DNA of 64,000 bases from Bugula neritina (lineage: Eukaryota; Animalia; Bryozoa): the NCBI GenBank assembly GCA_964035545.1, contig OZ037770.1:8810973-8874972 (forward strand). The letters are read 5' to 3'. Made by a program: the position numbers and the translations under genes. Shown in pieces: positions 50,970-64,000 of this stretch; the stretch's first letter is position 1; each line of letters starts with the position of its first letter. The notes below the pieces were generated by a model. It saw only the letters and a list, made by a program, of their open reading frames with translations. It was not told where the DNA came from and did not search any database.

Positions 50970-53900
50970 ATGGAGGAAGTTATAAAACAACTTGTAACAA
51001 CAATGCAGCAACAACAGCAGCAGCAGATGGAGCAATTCGCTCAAATACTGGGACAATTTACTACAGCTGTAAAGCCTGGTGAACCTGCACAAAATAAATC
51101 TGTAACTGTGCCTAGATTCGACTCTTATGACAGAGACAAGGAATCATGGACTCAGTATTTACAGCGGCTCAATCAGCACTTTACCGTTTACAACGTAAGT
51201 GACAGTGAACAAAAACGAGCTTGCTTACTTTCATGGATTGGCTCAAAATGTTATGAATTGCTGACAAAACTGTATGGCTCGGAGGACATAACTACCATGT
51301 CGTTCGATAATCTAGCAGGTAAGCTTAGCACACATTTTATTGAAACAAAACATGTGCAAGCAGCTAGATATCAGTTTTATAACTGTAAAATGAAACCTAA
51401 CCAGTCATACTCAGATTGGGCAGCTGATTTACGGGGTTTAGCTCGTAACTGCAATTTTACCTGTAAAAAGGAAGACTGTGGTGAAAGTTATGTTGATGAT
51501 CAAATCCGTGACATAATTATTAAAGAAACTCCACATGCTGATGTACGTAGACAATGCTTATTGGATCCAGATCCTACACTGGAAAATGTGTTAAAGAAGG
51601 CAGCTACATACATTCAAACAGCAGAAACTGATAAAGTTTTGAAGGGTGAGACCTCTACACCTGTTACCACAAATCAAATGTCCTCAACATACAAACATCA
51701 AAACAAAGGTAGTCAGGGCAAGAGACCACAATTTCACAAGTCTGAAAACCAGACTGCTATGCTAACACAGCCTTCCAAGTTGAAATCGTGTCCACAATGC
51801 TACATTAGCCACGATCGTAAACAATGTCCTCACCGTAACAAACAATGTAAGCTGTGCAACAAAACAGGACATATTTCTAGCGTCTGCAAAACTTCATCAA
51901 AATCAAGTGGGAACAACTCTCACTTCGTAGAAGAATCTTCAAGTAGTGTTTACAATATATATGAACGCAAGGGGAAACAAATATGGATTAACACTACTGT
52001 GAACAACAAACAAACACAATTTCAGTGGGACACAGGCGCTACTTGTTCTATGGTAGGGAACAAAGGCTACGAAGCTCTAGGCTCTCCACCATATTAACAG
52101 ACAGACATGACCCTTCATTCATATGGAAATACCGCTATGCAGGTACGTGGTGAATGCTATGTAACAGTAACCATTGGTCAGACTACAAAAAACAATCTTC
52201 GATTATTAATAGTAGACTCAGATGAAGGTGTCAACTTACTAGGTGTAGACTAGAGTGACAGTTTTGGACTATCACAACAGGGTCTATCCGCTGTAGACAG
52301 TGACACTGAGGTTACTAACGCAGTACACAATGTTGATACCAAGGTCAAAGTTCTCACAACAAAATATCCCGATGTTTTCAAACCTGGAATAGGACATTGT
52401 AAAACATTCAAAGTACCAATTTACCTCAAATCAGAACAGAAACCTTGTTTTTCTAAACCTAGAGAAATCCCCTATTCTCAACATGAGGCCACTAGGGCTG
52501 AATTAAACAGGCTTGAAGCTGAAGGTGTCATACAACGTATTAACTTCAGTAACTGGGCCGCTCCTATAGTAGTGGTTACCAAACCGTCTGGCAAAGTTCG
52601 CATCTGTGGAGATTTCAAGCGACTCAATCAGTGCATCTCCATAGATCAGCATCCACTACCAAAACTGGATGATTTAATGAACAGGCTTAGAGGAGGTAAA
52701 TTCTTCACCAAACTTGACTTGGCTGATGCTTACCTACAACTTGAGCTAGAAGATGATGCCAAACAGCTGTGTGTGATAAACACTCCATTCGGATTATACC
52801 AATATAATAGAATGTGCTTTGGAATTGCCCCTGGTCCAGCTCAGTTTCAACGGTGTATGGATACCTTGACTCAAAAATTACCAGGAGTTGCTGCATACCT
52901 TGATGATTTAATCATTACTGGTAAAACGGAGGAAGAACACTGGACTAATCTGACAAACCTGCTTTCAACACTTCAAGAGCATGGTTTTCGAATACGATTA
53001 GACAAGTGTGAATTCTTCAAGCACTCTGTTGAGTATCTGGGTCACACCATCGACAAGGATGGCAAACGACCAACACCTGCTTTCATGGCAGCTCTCTCTC
53101 AATTACCTCGACCACAGGACTTGCACCAACTGCAAGCATTTCTAGGAAAGGTTAACTACTATGGGCGCTTTATCTCTAATCTTGCGGATAAAGCAGCTCC
53201 ACTGTACAAGCTCCTCAAGAATGATACCACATTCACATGGTCAAATGAATGTGAACAAGCCTTTACCCAGCTGAAGAATAGCATTATCAATGCTACTAGC
53301 CTGACACACTATGATGAGACAAAACCGCTAATTCTTGCAGCCGATGCGTCATCCTATGGATTAGGAGTTGTTCTCTCGCAGGATACTGATCAGGGAGAAG
53401 TTCCAGTGGCTTACGCTTCAAAAACATTGACTGACACTCAAAAGAACTACTCTCAGATTGAACGTGAAGCTCTCTCTATTATATATGGTGTGACCAAGTT
53501 CAGACAATTCCTATATGGACGACATTTTACGCTAGTCACAGACCATGAGCCTCTCACTACTATTTTTGCACCAGGCAAAAATATTCCAACTTTAACAGCA
53601 CAGCGTTTACAACGCTGGGCTCTCACTCTGATGGGTTTTCAGTTTACTATCAGGTACAGGAAGACCTCCCAACATGGGAATGCTGATTGTCTTTCGAGGT
53701 TACCATTTGGTCCTGATAGCAATTTTGACCGGATCGAGCAGCAGGACAACAAGGAGGTATCCCATGCAATACAAGAGCAAATATTTACATCACCTGTTGC
53801 TGGATACAATGAGGTCAGACAGGAAACTGTCAAAGATCAACACCTTCAACGTGTCATAACATGGATTCAGCAAGGTTGGCCAGTCACAAAACCAGATGAC

Positions 53901-55015
53901 AAAGAACTGGGCACTTTCTGGATTCACCGTGACTCCCTGCAACTTGAACAAGGTGTCTTGTTGTTGATACGCGAACAAACAAGCCGTGTAGTTATACCTC
54001 GTTCACTTCAATGCAGGATACTAGACACACTTCATTCTTCACACTGGGGTGTAGTCAAGGTAAAGCAACTAGCTCGCCGCTATGTGTGGTGGAGCACCAT
54101 CAACACGGATATTGAGCTAGCTATAAAATCTTGCGAAGTATGCCAGGAGTCAGCAGCTGCTCCAGACCAGAAGTTTCAAAGCTGGCCCAAGACAGACAAG
54201 CCATGGGAACGCATACATTTAGATTTTGCTGGACCTTTTAGAGGAAAAATGTGGCTTATCTGCATTGATGCTTGTTCAAAATTTCCATATATTGGACGCA
54301 TGGAAATAGGGCAGACAACTTCTCGCCAAACGGTACAAGTATTAAAGGATATCTTTGCTATAGAAGGTGTACCTGCTACTATAGTTACAGATAATGGCCC
54401 ACAGTTTTCCAGCCAGGAATTTACTAATTTCTGCAACAGTTTCCACATCAACCATGTCAATTGTCACCTCCATACCACCCACCTTCAAATGGTGAAGCTG
54501 AACGATTTGTCAGAACTTTTAAAAGCTCTGTGGACAAGAATTGTGAGGGAGGAGCATCTCTAGACGAGAGTATCAGACTTACATTAGCATCATACAGAAC
54601 CATTCCACATCCTGCTTTGGAATGGAAAACACCTGCAGAAGTCCTGCATGGCCGCCAGCCCAGAGGCTTACTATCCCTTCTCCAACCTACTAATCACAAA
54701 TACCCTAAACATGACAAGCCACAGACAACACAGTTCACTATTGACTCACTAGTGTACGCTCGTAACTACAGTACTGGTCCAAAGTGGATCCCAGGAACTA
54801 TCATATCAAAACAAGGAAATGCTATCTACATAGTACAAACAGACAGTGGCAACTGGAAGAGGCATGCTAATCAGCTTCAAATTCGCCTTCCATCTACAAA
54901 TATGAACAAATCAGTGGTACCCAACACACCCCAAGCTGATAATAATATTGTCCATCCTCATGAGAGGCGCTATCCAACCAGAGAGCGCAGACAGCCAGAT
55001 TGGTACAAGCCATAA
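50970..55015 (+). pseudogene. Disrupted gag-pol polyprotein (CCHC knuckles, protease DTGA, RT YLDD, RNase H, integrase HHCC/DDE)
   Basis: Single frame interrupted by TAA 52095-97 and TAG 52251-53 in the protease region and by a frameshift near 54459-60 in integrase. Motifs: CKLCNKTGHISSVC, WDTGAT, AAYLDDLII, DASSYGLG, HLDFAGP, TDNGPQF, SNGEAER. Confidence 0.93.
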
Positions 55016-55043
55016 CTCTTAAGTCTAAATTGTGAGGGAGGAG

Positions 55044-55350
55044 TGCTATGTATTGAACTAGCCTTGTCAATACACCACATGATGCATATTATGACATACC
55101 ACATTTTATGTGCTCGGTTACTTTTTTATTCTAATGTCTATTTGTTTAAACTCATTATATACAGTTTTTGCCATATCAATATACAAGCCAGTTGTTATTC
55201 TGTCACTGTTTATCTACATGTATTTTTATGTCAGTTACTTGTTAGCTTCAATACAATACAGTTATACATTCTACTCTACAGCCAATCTTACTTATACGTG
55301 CTTAATCTTACTGTTTACTCTTGTTTAACATAAATAACAAGAACACAACA
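55044..55350 (+). repeat. 3' LTR (preceded by polypurine tract GAGGGAGGAG 55034-55043)
   Basis: Direct repeat of 50620-50926. Confidence 0.95.
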
Positions 55351-57914
55351 GATTAGACTAGTATACTCTAATAAACTCCAACTAGGTTTTCAACCAATTT
55401 CTGCTTGCCAATGAGTTATCAATTCAAATTGCTCTTTATAAATAACCAACACACATTTTCTGATTTGCAATCTTCCTCTGTTCTGTTCTATATTTCTTTT
55501 TCTGTGCACGTCAGTGTATTAGATATTTGAAGTAATCAGGTTACATTTGGAGAGCACTTGTTACCTGTCTCTATCCTTCCATCTTTTTGAGATCTTCAGC
55601 AATTTTTCTGTACAGGTTGGACTTAGTGTCAGTTGAGTAAGACTACATTTAAAATTACAGTCAACAGGTATGGGACAATACTGAATATTTATATAGTTTG
55701 CAGCAATGCCCAGTCGTCATGTAGCTGGTATGGTATGAAAATAATAGTGAGGTGCACATTTCAACACAGATTTTTTTCAGAAGAATTAGAATTCACAATG
55801 GCTTTAAATTGCATAAATTTGCATCAGAAGCGCTCTGAGGGCTTCGGCGGCCGGGGCGCTACCCCGGACCCCGCCGGGGGCCTGGGCGGCCCCCTGGACC
55901 CCCGGCCTGAGAGTATGGCCTAGAATATTTATGCCACTACATCCCTGCATATAACTTAAATTGTTCTTCATGACTCTTTTTGCAACGATTATGCTCAGAA
56001 AATACATGGAATAAGGACGTAGTTTGTAGTTTAAAGCTTGTGCATAAAAATATCGTTAAATTAACAATGTTAAGTTGAAGCCTATCAAAGTTACGACATG
56101 CCGCAGTGGCCTACAGTATAATGTGCTTCCAATATACTTCACAGTTCAACTAGAAGTGCCACTTCAGGAGTCTCAAGTATCATTGATCAAATAGCCAACT
56201 GATACAAGGTAGCCAATTGGAATTATTATAAAGCAGTGTGAGTCATTAGCCAATATAAAACCAACTTGGCTGGTTTTCTTCTTCATGCTTTTCTATTTAA
56301 TTTATCTCAGCAGTTAGTTAAGCATAAACTTGCTAAAAACTATCTAATAATTGCTTAAGTTTATTATTGTAACTTCTACCCCAGTTTGTTGATAACAGGT
56401 TGCACTGCTGGAGTTTTACTGATGTTTATTGAAACCAACTGGTAACCAACGTGAAACTACAATAATACAATTTGATGATAGAGACATTGATGACAAGAAA
56501 AATAAAACATAAAACGTTACAAAATTGTTGCATAACAATGTTCAACATACTTCTATTACCCTTCCTGGGGAGAGTTAGAATCAAATATATAAGGTTGAAA
56601 TAGTGAAAGGTTAAATATCTACATGTATCATGTACAGAATCAAAAAATGACCAGTGAGAACTATAACACAGTCAGTGAAGATACGTATCAGACTGGCATG
56701 AAAGCATAAAACAACTCAGCTGCTATAATTTCTAGCTACAAGCTATAACAAGCTGACAGCTATTGTGGTAGCAAAAATCATTGCATTTGTAATAGTAAGT
56801 ACAAAGTTATTTGTGGTTTAAAAAAGCTGTGGCTAAGTGAGTAGCTAAGTGAGTAGCTAAATGAGTATATGAGTGAATGGTGATGAATTGTCCTGTGCTT
56901 GCACTGCAAGCAATGATTTGCAAGAGTTAAGACAATGTAGTAGTGTGTAATATAATAAGGAATGATCAAAACGCTACAATTATTATAGCTAGTTTGCATA
57001 TCTCTGAGTTTTTTTCTAGATATATACGGAATAAAATAATCGGGTACAAAAATTTAATTTTATCAGGTACTGAATTTGCTATTGAATATATGCTTTTAAT
57101 GCAATTTGAAGCTTAGTATTACTGTATTTTTAAGGGCTTTTTTAGCATTTAGAGAAAAATCTTTTATATAATGTAAAGGTTGCTTAACTCTAGATCATAA
57201 TATATAATATTTAACTAACTATAAATGTATGTTATAAAATAGTAAACAATTCTTTTATTTTTTGGTATATGCTAGCTAGTGAAGTTTACCCTCAAACTGT
57301 TGAAAGCACTTAAGAATGTTGCAAATCATCAAAAGTAGTAAAATATAGTCATTTATTTATTTTTCACTGCAGGCCAAATTAAGTGCAACTCACAAAAAGA
57401 TAAGTCATCCTGCATATAATACCACCAAGCTTTGCAAAATTCGAGAGTCTAAATGATAGACTTCAGCATAATTTTGATGTGATGTACTATTTTTTATAAC
57501 AGCAACCTGTGACTAATAATTATTGTCAAAATTAAACATGTGAAGATGATGTTTATCCATTATCTTTCTGCGTATAAACTTATGGTATATTTTTGAGTAA
57601 ATTTATTTAATATATGCCCTGATAGAAATGATTCAAATTTTTGCATGATATATTTATTTTTATAACACTTACGTATTAAACATTTAAACATAACTGCTGG
57701 CGAGCACCAACGATGCTCTAGATGCCACAGAGAGTGATAATTTCAATTCAGCAGATCATGGTGGCATGTTCTGGTTAGGGTTTGTTATGATCTATAATTT
57801 TGTCAAAGGCTAAAAGTAGTAATATTCATTATATTTTAGGCTTCAAACTTACTCCAAGGTTTCTTAGAAATGCACATAAATATCTATTACTAAACATTTA
57901 AAATTCAATATGAA

Positions 57915-58090
57915 ATATAAACTCAGGCAAGTATATAGTCGCCACTCCTGTGAGAAATCCTGATGGAAAACTTTTTCAAAGATGGCTAAAGAATTACTCA
58001 TATGTGGCACAGGAGCAATGACTGGGTTTTCCTTTTAGCATCATCTCTGGTTTATTAGGCTAATGCGTTAAGTCCTAGACTATAGCTGCT
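57915..58090 (-). mobile_element. tRNA-like SINE copy
   Basis: Reverse-complement match to the SINE family (CCTGTGAGAAATCC, CATATGTGGCACAGGAGCAA, CCTAGAC..GCTGCTC). Confidence 0.7.
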
Positions 58091-58199
58091 CAAAATCTAA
58101 TAACAAATTAACACAAGTAAAATTTAATACTATGTAATGTCACCGTTTATTTAAAAAAAATAGCAGTTTACAAAATAGTGAAGTATGAATGCAATTGTT

Positions 58200-61100
58200 T
58201 TAAATTTTAAGACTATCGACGATTCCTTCAATATATCCATCTATTATTGTTTTTAGTCTTCCTTTGTGTTTCAACAGCAAGCAACAAAACTTAACGTCTA
58301 ACTTGATTCGATCATGAAACTCAGTTGCAGGAAAACTTTCTGGCAAATTAGATTCTTTAACTTTTACACATATTTCTGCAGATATTTTCTTGTTTAAGAT
58401 AGAAAAATATGCCACCTGCAAAAACATACACACCAGACATATAGTTTATTTCAAACTTCACTCTTCTTAGCTTTTTGAGTTATTTTACAGCTTCTGTGAC
58501 AGATCTCATGTTTATAAAAAACTTTAGTGATAGAAAAATCAAAATTGCTTGAGATTCTTATAGTAAATATGTCCTCACTTCTTTCCAAAAGTCTGCGTCT
58601 TTAACTTCTGGCTGTTGCCACCATGTTCTATTGATTGCGTCATAAAGTAACTTCTCTCCCAAATTGTATTCTGGCGACAGCAGTTTAGTTCTGGCAGCTT
58701 CAGATATAGAGGCAGACTTGTAGGTACCAACAGTATATGTGTGGTAAAATATATCTTTGTATTCCCAACACAGCCTTCTTTTAAGGATAAGTAATGAGGC
58801 ATCATATTGATCATTGAGTATAGCTATGTCTATCCTAAACATATACGCAACAAGAAACTATGAAACTTATTATAACATAACTGCATTGGCTATGAGTGCA
58901 GTATTATAGTACAAATATATGGCACAAATTTTTGGTTTAGTATATATTCTAAAATTAAGGTAGAGCAGTAAATAAAAAGTGATAAGCCATGCATTGATAT
59001 GCTTAAAATAAACAATATATTATGTAATTAAATTAGTGGATGAAAAGTGTGATGAAAACTAAAACTTTGCCAACTATAAGAAGCCACACACCTACACACA
59101 CCTTCACACACCTTCACACACCTTCACACACCTACACACCTACACACACCTACACACCTACACGCACCTTCACACACCTTCACACACCTACACACACCTA
59201 CACGCACCTACACATCTACACACCTACACTTCTACACACCTACACGCACCTACACATCTACACACCTACACACACCTACACACACCTACACACCTACACA
59301 CACCTACACACACCTACACACCTACACGCACCTACACATCTACACACCTACACAAACCTTCACACACCTTCACACACCTACACAAAGCTTCACACACCTT
59401 CACACACCTTCACAAACCTTCACACACCTACACACCTACACAAACCTTCACACACCTACACACCTACACACACCTTCACACACCTTCACACACCTACACA
59501 CCTACACACACCTTCACACACCTACACACCTACACACACCTACACACCTACACGCACCTTCACACACCTACACACACCTACACACACCTACACACAACTT
59601 CACACCTACACACACCTACACACCTACACGCACCTACACATCTACACTTCTACACACCTACACACACTCGCACGTACAGAATTTACTTTTGACGAGTAAC
59701 TTATTTTTAAAAAGTAGTGCTATTATGCAGTTTGGTGAAAATGACTGCACTTTTTAGATGCTATTAAAGTCTCTATTTTGCAAATGGCATGCTTTGTACA
59801 TATACTGCTTTTTTATAAATGACTTACATAGTAGTCAATATATTAATTTGTGTTCATACATGAGTGTGTGTCTACGTGTGCAATTTACCTTTTGGAAAGA
59901 AAGTCATGAATGTATTCGTATATAGCCGAAATATTGCTGTGATTGTCATAGTTGAATCCTAGAAATTGTAGTTGTTTTAAGTGATATTTTCTGCTTCCGG
60001 GAATTGACTGACTATTTTTAAAAAACAGCTCTCTGTCTTCAATGACAGAATTTGCATCCTGCAAAAAGTTAACTTTCTATTATTTAACTTGCAGTCAAGT
60101 TTCTACAGTGCTATGAACTATAATTTCAAAGATTTGTTAACCATTAAAAATCAATAAAACTTTAAAAGACAGAAACAAAAATAGAAATAAAAAATGATGT
60201 TTTAATAGACTAGCTGGATGCATTTGAAACTAAATTAGGAATATGTATATATAGCCTCATGACACAAAAGAATAACCTCAAACTATTTAATTTTTTTTAA
60301 ATCTTTGAAAGTTGCTGAAGTAAATGTTGTTAAAGTAGTTTCCACTCTACTTGTACAGGTCTTCAATTAATAAGGTGCAAACTTTATTTAGGCAAAAATT
60401 TCATTAACAATACCAACTTTTTATATATTCGTCTGTAATTAAAAAAGTCATTGGTATACAATTCGAACAATTTTAAGTTAGCTCAGCATGTTTGATCACT
60501 ATAGATAAATTTGAATATAAATGACTCAGCTTATAATTTAGAAAACAGAGGTTACCAGGTGACGTTTGTAGAAAGAACAAGATATAATCCAAGAGACTGG
60601 TTCCCTCACAGATACAATTAGTTTGTATTCTTCTTTCATGTGTTTGTCCAACTCTTTTGGGTCGTAATGGTAATGATTCATCATGACATCTGCTTTCTCA
60701 TTGGTTGGTGGTCCAATCTTCAGATCTAAAGTTGTATAAATTAATATGAAAACTGCATTTATTAAAAATTATCTCATTAAATTTTGTACATTTGTAGCTA
60801 TATGTATATATAAATCATGACAAACAATATGTTTCTAATCTCTCCCAAAAATAAAGTCCTCGAGCAACAATGACACTTAAGTATAACGAAATTTGCAAAT
60901 ACTATCGATAGGGTGTGAACTTATTATATATGCTATATGTTTCTAGTATCATATTAAAGTCATTTATTAATTCTCTACTCCAATACCCACACAGGAATAA
61001 GCAGTAATAAGTGAGGATAGGCTAGGATTTAATAATTCTCTACAAAAAGCTAAGATTATTTCAGTGAAAAAAGGAGTGAAATATAAATAAAGCAGTATAC

Positions 61101-62901
61101 TGTTAAGCTTACCAGATAACTAACATAAGGGCTTGATATATTAACATAAATAAGTTACCAGTTGAAATTAGTTGACTTTGTTGTATGATAATGACTGAAC
61201 TGACATTACTTCACAGCAATAGAGGGTCTAGTACAAGGTGTCCAACCTTGTTAGAGTGAGGGCCATTAAAAGGGCCGATTCCGTGACGAGGGCCACATTG
61301 GAAGCTTTAGCTCACTCTGGCGGCCACAGCATCAGCATTGTTTAAACTTCTTTATTCCAAATTCTCATGAATCATTACACAATAAAGTCCTAATAATTAC
61401 AGCAGCTTGCATGTTTTGTAGCATATGTATAAATAAGACATTTAAAAGGTGGTTTTCTACTCTAGTTCATGCATACATGTGAAGAATAAGTTTAGTTTTA
61501 TGCCTTTTATGGCCACATAAATGTAAGCTAAAAGCCACATCGGCCCTGGGGCTGCCTGTTGGACAGCCATGGTCAAAGATATAAAGTTTGACTTGCAATC
61601 ATTGCTTGCCTGGATTGTTTGTGTTGGTATCTTCACACTTCATCTTTTTTAATAAACGATAACATTTTGTTGGTCTCAATATCTTTAGGTTGTTATTTAG
61701 AGCAACTCTCGAAAAGATTCCAAACAAAGTAGAAGATCCAGTTTTGGGAATCTTAACATAAAGAAACTTGGAAACTTTTTTTCCTGAATGACACATTGTT
61801 AGGTTTCTGTCAAGACCTGCAATATAATAGCTGCAGGTAGGCTGAAAATTGCAATATGTTTTTATTAAATATCTGACAGTTTCAATTGTATTCAAATAGG
61901 AGCATACTTTTTGTTGCGTATAGTACCTAAAGTTGTGTTTATACCTCTACTGAAAAAAGTACTGAGTTTAAGTTTAATAACATTTATCCAAGTACCTTTT
62001 TATAGCTTTACTGAAACTTGGTGAAATCAAGTTAATGTGGAAGCTTACTCTCTAATAGTGAAACATGACGTAGTGAATTAGTAAAGCTGACCACATAAAA
62101 GCGGTCGATGAGAAAGCAGCCGATATAATTTAAAGCATTCTACAAGTACGTTATCTAATCGCCAAAATCATGATTAAATACCGGTATTTACAAGAAGTTT
62201 TGTTCCTTTTGATTACTATTCTGTTATCGACAAGGTAAGTAAATGCAGTACAACAGTTTTGACCCATAACTTTTACAATGCAAAGCAACTCGGTGAAATT
62301 TTAACTCGGCCAAGTTTAATTTTTGCAACTCAAGTGTTGAGAAAAAATTGATTGGGATTTAGCAGAGTGTTACAATGTCAACTATAGAGCTAGTGTCTTC
62401 CTATAACTTTAGGTAAAAATGGCACAGGTAAAGATGGCACAGTTAATAATGGCACAGAATGCATTAATGGCACAAATGGAAAAGTAGGCAAAAACTGATG
62501 TTAATTTTTCCCAAATCCCAAACCCAAACTCTCTATCCAAAACACACACACACACACGCACACACGCGCACACACACGCACACACACGCACACACACGCA
62601 CACACACGCACACACACGCACACACACGCACACGCACGCACACACACGCACACACACGTGTGTGTGCGTGTGTGTGCGCGTGTGTGCGCGTGCGTGTGCG
62701 TGCGTGTGCGTGTGTGTGCGTGCGTGTGCGTGCGTGTGCGTGCGTGTGCGTGCGTGTGCGTGCGTGTGCGTGCGTGTGCGTGCGTGTGTGTGCGTGTGTG
62801 TGCGTGTGTGTGCGTGTGTGTGCGTGTGTGTGCGCGTGTGTGCGTGTGTGTGCGTGTGTGTGCGTGTGTGTGCGTGTGTGTGCGCGTGTGTGCGCGTGTG
62901 T

Positions 62902-62947
<46 letters not shown>

Positions 62948-63686
62948 TTGTATATATCAGCTCTAACGATTCTATTTACATGTAGTAGTCTATACATTCA
63001 ACAGGAGACGCAATAATTCTTAGTTGGAACTGCACTGATGGTTAATTTAAATTCTGCTAATGTGGCACTCAGATATGTTCATATTACATTATCAATTATA
63101 AATTACCATTGCAGTACTATAAATTGAGATACTTTAGCTATTAGTAGAATGCACTCTGCTACTACAATACTACTATATTATTATGTGATATTATATTATA
63201 TAATAATATTATATCATATTAAATTGTATAAGAACATGTTGTTACAGTATTACAACATAGCATTTTAAGATTTCATAGTTTTGGTATTAGGATAAAAAGT
63301 TTAATAAAATATAGAGTTGTTTTAAAGGCTACATCAGCATTCAGCATGAGTTGAAAAATTGTCAATCTCCTAGCTTTTTCATGCATTAGCAGTTTCCAAA
63401 ATTAAAATAAATAAAGATAGTTTTCAAAACAAGTAAAAAATGAAAAAATAATTAACTTTGAAGTAAATTAATATTCGTACTATTTAGCATTCTCCATCTA
63501 GATTTATCTGCCAAGTCTTTCAAATGATTCTTCAAAGACTCATTATGGTCTACTTCTAATGCCATCTTAGAGTTTTGAAGATAGTCTGTGTTTAAGTCCA
63601 AGTTGGAAACAGATTGCAAATTTTTCTGTTTGTCAGAGCTTGTAGAGGTTGAGGTAGAATGAAAGGGTATGGATATCAACAGATAA
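58200..63686 (-). CDS. Galactose-3-O-sulfotransferase-like paralogue B (5' exon beyond window); exons 63481-63686, 61610-61816, 60556-60725, 59889-60058, 58579-58834, 58200-58415
   Basis: [59 protein letters not shown]. Same exon phases as paralogue A; one GC-AG intron. Confidence 0.88.
59087..59668. repeat. Complex (CACACCTA/CACACCTT) minisatellite, intronic
   Basis: Direct inspection; explains spurious ORF 59040-59699. Confidence 0.95.
61234..61571. mobile_element. Degenerate hAT (Charlie-like) MITE
   Basis: Ends CAAGGTGTCCAAC / GTTGGACAGCCATG. Flanks GTCTAGTA / GTCAAAGA resemble an NTCTAGAN-type 8-bp TSD. Confidence 0.6.
62410..62944. repeat. 15-bp repeats (AGGTAAAAATGGCAC) followed by a head-to-head (CA)n/(TG)n inverted microsatellite
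   Basis: About 4 units at 62411-62474. CA-type tract 62541-62657 switches to TG-type 62658-62944. Confidence 0.9.
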
Positions 63687-63826
63687 CTGCAAAAACAAGA
63701 GAGCTATATATATATATAGATCTACAAAGTGGTTTGAAATTATTTTTTAAGCTCTAACTTCTAAAATTTAGAAACTTAGCAACCAACCCTATAACAAACA
63801 GCAGCCCAATTGATAGTTATCATATA

Positions 63827-64000
63827 GGGGAAACCTGGGTGATATGAACCACCCGGGTGATATGGACCATGCATGTTTTGCAGTATATTCAAGGTTACCA
63901 GAAAGTTGAAAAGTGTCTTATTCTCTAGAAATAGGAATATCTAACTTCCTGTCTACATATTTCAAACTTGTCTCTTTGTCTTAGAAAATAAAGACACATT
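63827..64000. mobile_element. Probable end of a TA-TSD DNA transposon running off the window
   Basis: TA|GGGGAAACCTGGGTGATATGAACCACCCGGGTGATATGGACCA: same TA-GGGG terminus and duplicated subterminal motif architecture as 1285-2606. Confidence 0.45.

Larger units (their letters stand above)
50620..55350 (+). mobile_element. Full-length Ty3/Gypsy LTR retrotransposon (Mag-like), 4731 bp
   Basis: Two 307-bp TG..CA LTRs, 5-bp TSD GATTA (50615-19, 55351-55), PBS and PPT present, gag-PR-RT-RH-IN order. Confidence 0.97.
49421..55947 (-). mobile_element. Non-autonomous hAT transposon, copy 2 (inverted), carrying a Gypsy insertion
   Basis: TIRs CAGGGATGTAGTGG / CCACTACATCCCTG. 8-bp TSD CATATAAC (49413-20, 55948-55). 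Reverse-complement homology to 659-3806. Confidence 0.93.

Noticed and set aside
52095-52097. Programmed gag-pol stop readthrough
   Set aside because: The stop falls inside protease after the catalytic DTG and is followed by a second stop and a frameshift; more consistent with decay.

Overview
AT-rich, intron-containing animal (invertebrate-type) genomic DNA; the species cannot be determined from the sequence. Manual splicing gives six protein-coding genes, most only fragmentarily visible in the ORF track. (1) A 90-aa secreted, strongly cationic six-cysteine peptide (+, 8391-9094), missed by the ORF track. (2) A convergent 500-aa type-I membrane protein with a SUEL/galactose-binding-lectin-like domain, a Ser/Thr stalk and a Tyr-repeat tail (-, 10242-15256). 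(3) A ~774-aa low-complexity protein of unknown function (-, 16211-26411). (4) An SLC16/MCT-like MFS transporter (+, 31851-38984). (5, 6) Two tandem galactose-3-O-sulfotransferase-like paralogues (-, 40068-45356 and 58200 to beyond the window end). The rest is densely nested transposons. Two oppositely oriented copies of one ~1.8-kb non-autonomous hAT element each carry a different secondary insertion at almost the same internal position: a TA-TSD element in one, and a full Gypsy element with identical LTRs but a disrupted gag-pol in the other. Also present are Kolobok-, Harbinger- and CAC-type MITEs, an LTR+PBS+gag fragment inside a MITE, tRNA-like SINEs, a 68-bp LINE tail, a 40-bp satellite and long microsatellites. 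The most notable novelty candidate is the cationic Cys-rich peptide gene and its lectin-receptor neighbour.
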